A stretch of DNA of 15,254 bases from Campylobacterales bacterium (GTDB lineage Bacteria; Campylobacterota; Campylobacteria; Campylobacterales; Sulfurimonadaceae). The notes beneath the pieces were generated by a model. It was not told the DNA's origin, ran no database searches, and saw only the letters and a list, made by a program, of their open reading frames with translations. The stretch covers positions 1 to 15,254 of the forward strand of contig JBBRBK010000044.1 of the NCBI GenBank assembly GCA_038205935.1, read 5' to 3'. A program made the position numbers and the translations under genes. Shown here in pieces: positions 1 to 5,604 of the stretch (its first letter is position 1; the number at the start of each line of letters is the position of its first letter).

Positions 1-927
1 CACTGTATGGCGGAAGTTATCCTCGCAAAACATTTAGGAAAAACAAAGGTTATCGCAGAGACGGGTGCCGGTCAGCACGGTGTGGCCCTTGCAACAGCAG
101 CGGCGTATTTTGGGCTTGAGTGTGAGATACATATGGGCGAAGTGGACATCGCAAAAGAGCATCCAAATGTTGTAAGGATGAGAATACTCGGAGCCAAAGT
201 AATTCCCGCTACGCATGGTCTAAAAACACTCAAAGAAGCGGTGGATTCTGCCTTTGACAGCTACGTTCCCCAGGCCGATACTGCTATTTATTGTATTGGT
301 TCTGTTGTCGGCCCGCATCCATTTCCAATGATGGTTAGGGATTTTCAGTCCGTTATAGGATTTGAAGCTAAAGAGCAGTTTTTTGAGCACGAAGACACGC
401 TTCCTGATAACATTATTGCCTGCATAGGCGGCGGTTCAAACGCAATGGGAATTTTCTCGGCATTTATAGAAGATGAAAGTGTAAATCTTTATGGTGTAGA
501 ACCAATGGGAAGAGGAGAAAAACTTGGAGACAATTCCGCAACTTTAACTTATGGAACTGAGGGTGTAATGCACGGCTTCAACTCCATCATGCTCAAAGAT
601 GAAAACGGAGAACCTGCTCCTGTTTACTCTGTAGGAAGTGGCATCGATTACCCGTCTGTAGGACCTGAACAAGCATTTTTAAATCAGAGTGGCAGAACAA
701 AAGTGGGGTTGTGCAATGACGAAGAGGCGATAGATGCTTTTTACAAACTCTCCCAACTAGAGGGAATCATCCCCGCACTAGAATCCGCACATGCCGTAGC
801 CTACGCTATGAAGCTAGCAAAAACTCTAGGCAAAGATAAAACCATACTTGTAAATTTAAGCGGCAGAGGCGACAAAGATATAGATTTCGTAATAGAAAAC
901 TACCCCGTCCCAAACGCTAAGTTTTAA
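1..927 (+). CDS. trpB: Tryptophan synthase beta subunit, 5'-truncated by the window edge
   Basis: Motifs [50 protein letters not shown] and NLSGRGDKD. The frame is open to base 1 (CAC TGT ATG) and ends TAA TAG TAA. Confidence 0.96.
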   Translation, partial: HCMAEVILAKHLGKTKVIAETGAGQHGVALATAAAYFGLECEIHMGEVDIAKEHPNVVRMRILGAKVIPATHGLKTLKEAVDSAFDSYVPQADTAIYCIGSVVGPHPFPMMVRDFQSVIGFEAKEQFFEHEDTLPDNIIACIGGGSNAMGIFSAFIEDESVNLYGVEPMGRGEKLGDNSATLTYGTEGVMHGFNSIMLKDENGEPAPVYSVGSGIDYPSVGPEQAFLNQSGRTKVGLCNDEEAIDAFYKLSQLEGIIPALESAHAVAYAMKLAKTLGKDKTILVNLSGRGDKDIDFVIENYPVPNAKF

Positions 928-946
928 TAGTAAATTCTGTTCTTGG

Positions 947-978
947 AATTTTGAGGTCACAGATTGTGATCTCAAGTT
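947..978. repeat. Imperfect palindrome, copy 1 (TTGAGGTCACA-GAT-TGTGATCTCAA core at 951-975); may also act as a terminator between convergent trpB and the antitoxin gene
   Basis: 11-bp arms with one mismatch. Matches the reverse complement of 1752-1783 at 27/32 positions. Confidence 0.8.
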
Positions 979-990
979 TGGAAAATTAAT

Positions 991-1266
991 TTATATCAAC
1001 TCTACCTTTAACTCTTTACCTAAAATATGAGCGAAATTTTGGAGCGTGGAGAGTTTGATGTCTTGCGCGTGATTTTCTATGCGTGATATGGCTGATTTTT
1101 TCGTATGTAGTCTTTGCGCTAAGTCTTCTTGCGTAAGTCCGACTTCGACACGTGCCTGTTTTAGCATCTCACCTATCTTAAACTCTTCATATCCCCCGTC
1201 AAAGTCCGAAGTAAACTCCACATCTTTTGCTTTTCTTTTTTCAATATATTTTTTTAGATCACTCAT
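991..1266 (-). CDS. XRE-family HTH antitoxin (HigA-like)
   Basis: [31 protein letters not shown] is a classic HTH_3/XRE motif. Its ATG overlaps the toxin 3' end (ATGAGTGA). Confidence 0.9.
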   Translation of the reverse strand: MSDLKKYIEKRKAKDVEFTSDFDGGYEEFKIGEMLKQARVEVGLTQEDLAQRLHTKKSAISRIENHAQDIKLSTLQNFAHILGKELKVELI

Positions 1267-1603
1267 GAGTCATGTACTCCTTTTTTCTTTTCTGGGCAAG
1301 TTCTATCTCTTTTTGTGGAACTTTTTGATCTTTCTTTCTAAAAGCGTTTGTCAGTACTACAAAAACACTTTTGTATTCAAAGCCTAAAAGTCTAAAATTG
1401 TTGTTCCCGTGTTGGATTCTTACTTCGACTATACCGTCCGTATTTGACAAATATTTATAGAACTTTGTCGATACGACGGACTCTTCTTCTATCAACTGCA
1501 AAACCCAAATAACTTTTTGAGCTTCTTTTCCAGAGAGGTCATCCAAAAACTCCTCTATCGGACTTTTGCCTGATGTAAGTTTAAAAAAGATGACCTCTTT
1601 CAT
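1259..1603 (-). CDS. RelE/ParE-superfamily toxin (HigB/Gp49-like)
   Basis: 114 aa with [49 protein letters not shown]. It lies upstream of an XRE gene (toxin-first order). Confidence 0.88.
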   Translation of the reverse strand: MKEVIFFKLTSGKSPIEEFLDDLSGKEAQKVIWVLQLIEEESVVSTKFYKYLSNTDGIVEVRIQHGNNNFRLLGFEYKSVFVVLTNAFRKKDQKVPQKEIELAQKRKKEYMTHE

Positions 1604-1609
1604 AATGAA

Positions 1610-1638
1610 ATGTTAACGTATAAGTTAACTTTTGTCAA
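1610..1638 (-). promoter_or_regulatory. Sigma70 promoter of the TA operon with overlapping palindromic operator
   Basis: Minus strand reads TTGACA (1638-1633), 17 nt, TAACAT (1615-1610), 6 nt, ATG (1603). The palindrome GTTAACGTATAAGTTAAC at 1612-1629 lies across the spacer and the -10. Confidence 0.8.
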
Positions 1639-1751
1639 TCGAAATTTATTTTTGAGCATACTTTTAGTCCTATCTTGTGATAGGAAGATTATATGGAAGT
1701 ATAAAAAGTTTATTTGAAAATATTACAAAATGAAATGGTTTTACATAGTTG

Positions 1752-1783
1752 AACTTGAAGTCACAAATTGTGACCTCTAAATT
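1752..1783. repeat. Imperfect palindrome, copy 2 (AACTTGAAGTCACAAATTGTGACCTCTAAATT), inverted relative to copy 1
   Basis: GTCACA-AAT-TGTGAC core with extended arms. 27/32 identity to 947-978 in inverted orientation. Confidence 0.8.
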
Positions 1784-1803
1784 AAATGAGATGGCTATTA
1801 ATT

Positions 1804-1920
1804 TTAGTCATCAAGATAATCATCATTGTTGGGATTATGAGCATCAGCCCAATCATCCATATCCGCGTCGTTATTTGGGTTGTTAATATCTGACCATAAA
1901 TCTAATTCATCTTGTGTCAT
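1804..1920 (-). CDS. 38-aa acidic small protein with two 15-aa W..D..NPNND repeats (MTQDELDLWSDINNPNNDADMDDWADAHNPNNDDYLDD)
   Basis: AAAGGA RBS 7 nt before the ATG at 1920. It starts 1 nt after the stop of the upstream peptide gene and has an internal tandem repeat. Confidence 0.75.
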   Translation of the reverse strand: MTQDELDLWSDINNPNNDADMDDWADAHNPNNDDYLDD

Positions 1921-1921
1921 G

Positions 1922-2020
1922 CTATTTTCCTTTTGTTGTTGTGCAGTTGCTTTTACCTTTACCTGATACGCCACCAGTTGTGCTAGGCATATTTGGCTTA
2001 CAATTACTTGTTTTTGCCAT
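1922..2020 (-). CDS. 32-aa basic Gly/Ser/Thr/Lys-rich small protein (MAKTSNCKPNMPSTTGGVSGKGKSNCTTTKGK), absent from the ORF track
   Basis: AAGGAG RBS (2034-2029) 8 nt before the ATG at 2020. TAG at 1924-1922 is followed by C-ATG of the next gene. A TATAAT lies upstream. Confidence 0.72.
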   Translation of the reverse strand: MAKTSNCKPNMPSTTGGVSGKGKSNCTTTKGK

Positions 2021-2052
2021 TGTAATTTCTCCTTCATTTTTGATATGAGAAA

Positions 2053-2058
2053 ATTATA
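2053..2058 (-). promoter_or_regulatory. Putative -10 box for the two-peptide operon
   Basis: TATAAT on the minus strand about 33 nt upstream of the ATG at 2020, in the intergenic gap after the 440-aa gene. Confidence 0.55.
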
Positions 2059-2084
2059 GATTATTATGAATCGAAAAAATTACT

Positions 2085-3407
2085 CTAAACTTGATAGTTT
2101 ATTTGTAGATATTGGTCTAGTTTTTCCGCACAATCAACTATAGAGTTAGAATTTTTCAGTGCTTCTATAAACTCTTGTGAACTGTATTTCTTATCTGTAA
2201 AGGATAATAAACTTCCTAATGCATATCTATCAAATTCTTTAAATGATTTCTCCATAAATGACTTATTTTGCAGTTTTATAGAGATTATGAATTTAATAAA
2301 ATAATTAGCTTTATTGATGAGTATCTGTTCTAACTCATTGTTATCTTTTTTGAAATTTATTAGCTTTAGTGCTTCTTGATACTTTTTCTCATCAAATAGA
2401 CTTATTATTTTTTCTCTATTAGGAATATCGATCTGAATTAGCTCATTATTTGAAAATGTATTTTCAATCCATATTTTTAATTTTTTATATACTTCATTAA
2501 CAAATATTTCTTTCTCAAATGTTTCTAAAAAATGAAATAAATATTTTTCTTGTAAATGGATAAAATCTTTACCTGCTTTAAATTCAGACCTTAATTGTTC
2601 TCTAAAATATTGTATTTTTTCTAAAAAAGAAGTTTTGATATTTTTATCAATGTTGAAAGTTTTTTCTATATGAAGCAATCCTCTTATAAGTAAAAATTGG
2701 AATAAAAAAGCGATTCGCTTATCTCTATTTTGTTCTTTCTTAGATAGAAATTTTGTAATAACAAGTAAATCTATCAATGAAGGCAACTCGACAACTTTTT
2801 TCCATCTTGATATTTTTTTTATAAATGTACTAGGACTTATATCTTTTTTCAAATTGGTTTTATAGTTTTTTTCAATTTCTAATCTCATAACTTCATGAAT
2901 ATCACTTAACTTATCGGCTAAGAGTATATTAGTTCCTATTTTATTAATTTTTTTACTAAAATCAATAAAAGGCATAACCCTTTCAAGTTTAAGAGAAGTC
3001 TCAAATAATGTTATGTCAAAAGAATGATGATTCATATATTCGATTATTAGGGCTATTTGAAATGAGAATAAATCGATAGAGCTTTCTTGGAAGTTTATGG
3101 TTTTAAAGAGATTGAAATTATAAACTATATTGCTTATTTGACGAACATAAAAATTTGAATGTTGATTATCACCTATTAAATGCCGAGTGAAAAATATCCG
3201 AAAATTATCTATTTCTTTTGATTGAAGTAATGCAAATTTTTCATTACCTAATTTGTCATCATTGGAAAGATAACTATGATAAATTTGTTCATCTGCTTGC
3301 TTATCTCTTTCTATATTTAAGGCATCAGAAGGCTGATATACTCTATGATTTACACCAAATATTTTCCAAAATGTTAAGTTGAAATCTTTATCACAAGTAT
3401 CTTTCAC
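2085..3407 (-). CDS. Hypothetical protein (440 aa), very AT-rich, with a possible degenerate HTH-like segment
   Basis: Long uninterrupted ORF in very AT-rich DNA. The GTG start overlaps the upstream TGA (GTGA). Segment ISPSTFIKKISRWKKVVELPSL resembles an XRE recognition helix. Confidence 0.75.
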   Translation of the reverse strand: MKDTCDKDFNLTFWKIFGVNHRVYQPSDALNIERDKQADEQIYHSYLSNDDKLGNEKFALLQSKEIDNFRIFFTRHLIGDNQHSNFYVRQISNIVYNFNLFKTINFQESSIDLFSFQIALIIEYMNHHSFDITLFETSLKLERVMPFIDFSKKINKIGTNILLADKLSDIHEVMRLEIEKNYKTNLKKDISPSTFIKKISRWKKVVELPSLIDLLVITKFLSKKEQNRDKRIAFLFQFLLIRGLLHIEKTFNIDKNIKTSFLEKIQYFREQLRSEFKAGKDFIHLQEKYLFHFLETFEKEIFVNEVYKKLKIWIENTFSNNELIQIDIPNREKIISLFDEKKYQEALKLINFKKDNNELEQILINKANYFIKFIISIKLQNKSFMEKSFKEFDRYALGSLLSFTDKKYSSQEFIEALKNSNSIVDCAEKLDQYLQINYQV

Positions 3408-3616
3408 GGAGTAACTTCCCTCAATCTCCCCAAAACCCTAACAATCGCCAAAGTATCAAGTTTATAGTACGCCAAATCCCCGACAACATTCCCCGTCTCA
3501 AACACAGCCAGAGCCGATGCATCTGGCTGTGTAAGCACTTCTGGCTTGTAATTTTTCAGCCAAAGTGATTTTTGGCATTGAATTCCGCGGGGGTAGAGGG
3601 ATTTAGAGAGGGTTAG
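3404..3616 (-). pseudogene. Remnant of a DUF2779-type nuclease-like gene: N-terminus fused directly to C-terminus
   Basis: LSKSLY.RG.QC.KSLWL...A.FETG..VG.LA is the N-terminal signature as I recall it. It is joined at ~3470 to Y.KLDTLA.V, the recalled C-terminal YCxLDT signature with Cys changed to Tyr. There is no ATG or RBS, and GC is higher than in the flanks. Confidence 0.7.
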
Positions 3617-3679
3617 ATTAAGTAACAAATTATAAACTTTTTAATGACTACTGATAACTTTTTTATTAATTTCATAAAT

Positions 3680-4273
3680 TTAAATTATTTTTTTGATAAT
3701 TTCATCAAGATTTTTTATTTCTGGCATTATATGATTATTGATTCTATTTTTTTCAGTTGTTAAATCAATTTGAGATTGAACACTATGAGTAGAATGTGCG
3801 ATACTTCCTCTTGTAATACCAAAGTTATCCATTGTGCTTAACCATGTCTCATCAAATTGATTTTCTTCAATGCCTATCGGTAGCAACATACTGTAAATGT
3901 TGTTTGATTTAATACCATGATTTTTATCCAAAGAGCCTAAATAACAATAAATTTTACTTTTAATTCTAGCTTCTATATTATTGAGTTTATGTTTTTTTGG
4001 CAGCACTTCACCTGAAGAAAAAGTTATAACGGAAAGAAGGCAATTACTTTTTTTTCTATTGGTTTCCCATTCTTTAAAAGCTTTCGTTACTTTATCTTTG
4101 GCAATATCTTCAAAATATGATTCTATTTCTGCATGAACTAAAAGAATATAGCTTCTAATTAAATCACTTTCTTTTTTAGTGTAGTTGCCTGTTATCTTAA
4201 CTTTAGGAAGTAAACTTTTTTCCAAAAAAGACACTCTTGAAAAAAGTTTATTATATCGTGCCGAGTTTGCCAT
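3680..4273 (-). CDS. HEPN-domain putative RNase (RiboL-PSP-HEPN/MAE_28990-like)
   Basis: C-terminal R-X4-H motif RGSIAH and N-terminal helix YILLVHAEIESYFE. It starts 1 nt after the DUF262 stop (TAA C ATG). Confidence 0.8.
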   Translation of the reverse strand: MANSARYNKLFSRVSFLEKSLLPKVKITGNYTKKESDLIRSYILLVHAEIESYFEDIAKDKVTKAFKEWETNRKKSNCLLSVITFSSGEVLPKKHKLNNIEARIKSKIYCYLGSLDKNHGIKSNNIYSMLLPIGIEENQFDETWLSTMDNFGITRGSIAHSTHSVQSQIDLTTEKNRINNHIMPEIKNLDEIIKKII

Positions 4274-4274
4274 G

Positions 4275-5501
4275 TTAAATTTTAACTTCTATATATATAC
4301 CATCCTTTTGATAGGGAACTATAATCTCAGTATCTAAAATAATTGCTAAACTTTCACCCCAAGTAGAAAATCTTTTAAATGTATTCTGTATACTTTTTGT
4401 TGTATGCTCAAACGAGGTTAGAAATTCTTTATCATTTTCACATAACTGTTTGAATGTATTTATTATTTTTTCTTTATTATTTTTAGACTCTTCAAGTATT
4501 TCTGGTACACTAAAATAATAAACCATAATATCAAATATTGCTTTGTTGAAATTATTTTGAAAAGAACCATTTGACCACTTGCTAAAAGCTTCTTTTTGTC
4601 CACCATATAATTCAATTGTAAATAAAATTGCATTATTCAAATTTTGTGCATCTGACATAATGTTTGAAAATGAGTTTTCCCAATCTCTATTGAGAACTTT
4701 TAATGTATTATCAAAGTGATCTTTTAAATTTCCTTTATAAATATTTAAAAAATACTTATTTGCAAAGTATCTAATTACAAGCTCAACATCTCTCATTCTA
4801 TAATCAGGCTTTTGTAAGTTTAGCATTTTCTGAATTGCAACACTATCTTTTGAAAATTCATCGGCATAATCTATAAATGGGCCAGGATGTAGAGCCTGTC
4901 TAAGTTCTTGAGGACTTAATTTTATGCTTCCAGTATTGAGTCTTAAAAAGACAGTATATAAAAATGACTCATTTGGCCAATTCTTAATTATTGTAGTTCT
5001 GATACTTTGATTTTCTAATAAATTTATTTCATCAAAAAAATCAGGTGATTCTTTCATGTTTTTGTATGTTTTATTATTTAGCTGAATTAAAATTTCAAGT
5101 CCAGTTAGCTTAAGTGGCTCAAATTCATCATCATCTTTTTCTGAAAAAAATCTTCTTAATGTTAGTAGTCTTTGTTTACCATCAATCACTATATATTTGC
5201 CTCTTAAATCTTGCTTTTCAGCCAAAATTATTTGAGGAATTGGTAATCCAAGAATCAAAGATTCAATAAATTTACTTTTCGCTTTGTTTGACCATGCATC
5301 TCTTCTTTGAAATTTTGGAAACAAGTCTATATTATTTTTTTTTACTTGGGTTACTATAGTTTCTGTAGTCCAATCTGTTCCCCAAATAACAGCTTGGTTA
5401 AAAGAATGGATATCCTGATGAATATCCTCTTCGCTTTCTGAGCCTATATCTTCTGGACTCATAAAGCTAGCTTCATCTTCCAAACTGTTAAATAATGACA
5501 T
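4275..5501 (-). CDS. DUF262 (GmrS/ParB-Srx-like NTPase) domain protein
   Basis: Motifs PKFQRRDAW, FIESLILGLPIP, VIDGKQRL and VFLRLNTGSIKLSPQELR. AGAGG RBS upstream. No C-terminal HNH (DUF1524) motif seen. Confidence 0.9.
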   Translation of the reverse strand: MSLFNSLEDEASFMSPEDIGSESEEDIHQDIHSFNQAVIWGTDWTTETIVTQVKKNNIDLFPKFQRRDAWSNKAKSKFIESLILGLPIPQIILAEKQDLRGKYIVIDGKQRLLTLRRFFSEKDDDEFEPLKLTGLEILIQLNNKTYKNMKESPDFFDEINLLENQSIRTTIIKNWPNESFLYTVFLRLNTGSIKLSPQELRQALHPGPFIDYADEFSKDSVAIQKMLNLQKPDYRMRDVELVIRYFANKYFLNIYKGNLKDHFDNTLKVLNRDWENSFSNIMSDAQNLNNAILFTIELYGGQKEAFSKWSNGSFQNNFNKAIFDIMVYYFSVPEILEESKNNKEKIINTFKQLCENDKEFLTSFEHTTKSIQNTFKRFSTWGESLAIILDTEIIVPYQKDGIYIEVKI

Positions 5502-5532
5502 GTAACCTCTTTAAATAAATATAGTTTTATCG

Positions 5533-5538
5533 ATTATA
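5533..5538 (-). promoter_or_regulatory. Putative -10 box for the DUF262-HEPN operon
   Basis: gcTATAAT on the minus strand about 32 nt upstream of the ATG at 5501, with RBS at 5510-5506. Confidence 0.55.
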
Positions 5539-5604
5539 GCTTAAATAAACTTATTGTAATTTACAGATAAAATCTTTTTTAACAATATGTAAATCTATCG
5601 AATG

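Noticed and set aside
1079..1387. 102-aa plus-strand ORF
   Set aside because: Antisense shadow of the TA genes, with no motifs or RBS.
1690..1790. Possible decayed ORF6N gene around palindrome copy 2 (EDYM...NLKSQIVTSK)
   Set aside because: Multiple stops and frame changes. Similarity beyond the palindrome itself is too weak to call by eye.
1804..2037. 77-aa ORF from the ORF track
   Set aside because: Its ATG has no RBS (the AAGGAG lies inside it). The region is better explained by two RBS-led ORFs, 2020-1922 and 1920-1804.
2085..5501. A/T homopolymer runs as phase-variation tracts
   Set aside because: Runs of 7-9 A/T are expected in DNA this AT-rich. No poly-G/C tract or frameshift is evident.
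5498..5505. GACATGTAA near-copy of the iterated palindrome
   Set aside because: Imperfect, and explained by the DUF262 start codon context. Not counted, and neither was TTACATGTGA near 10740.
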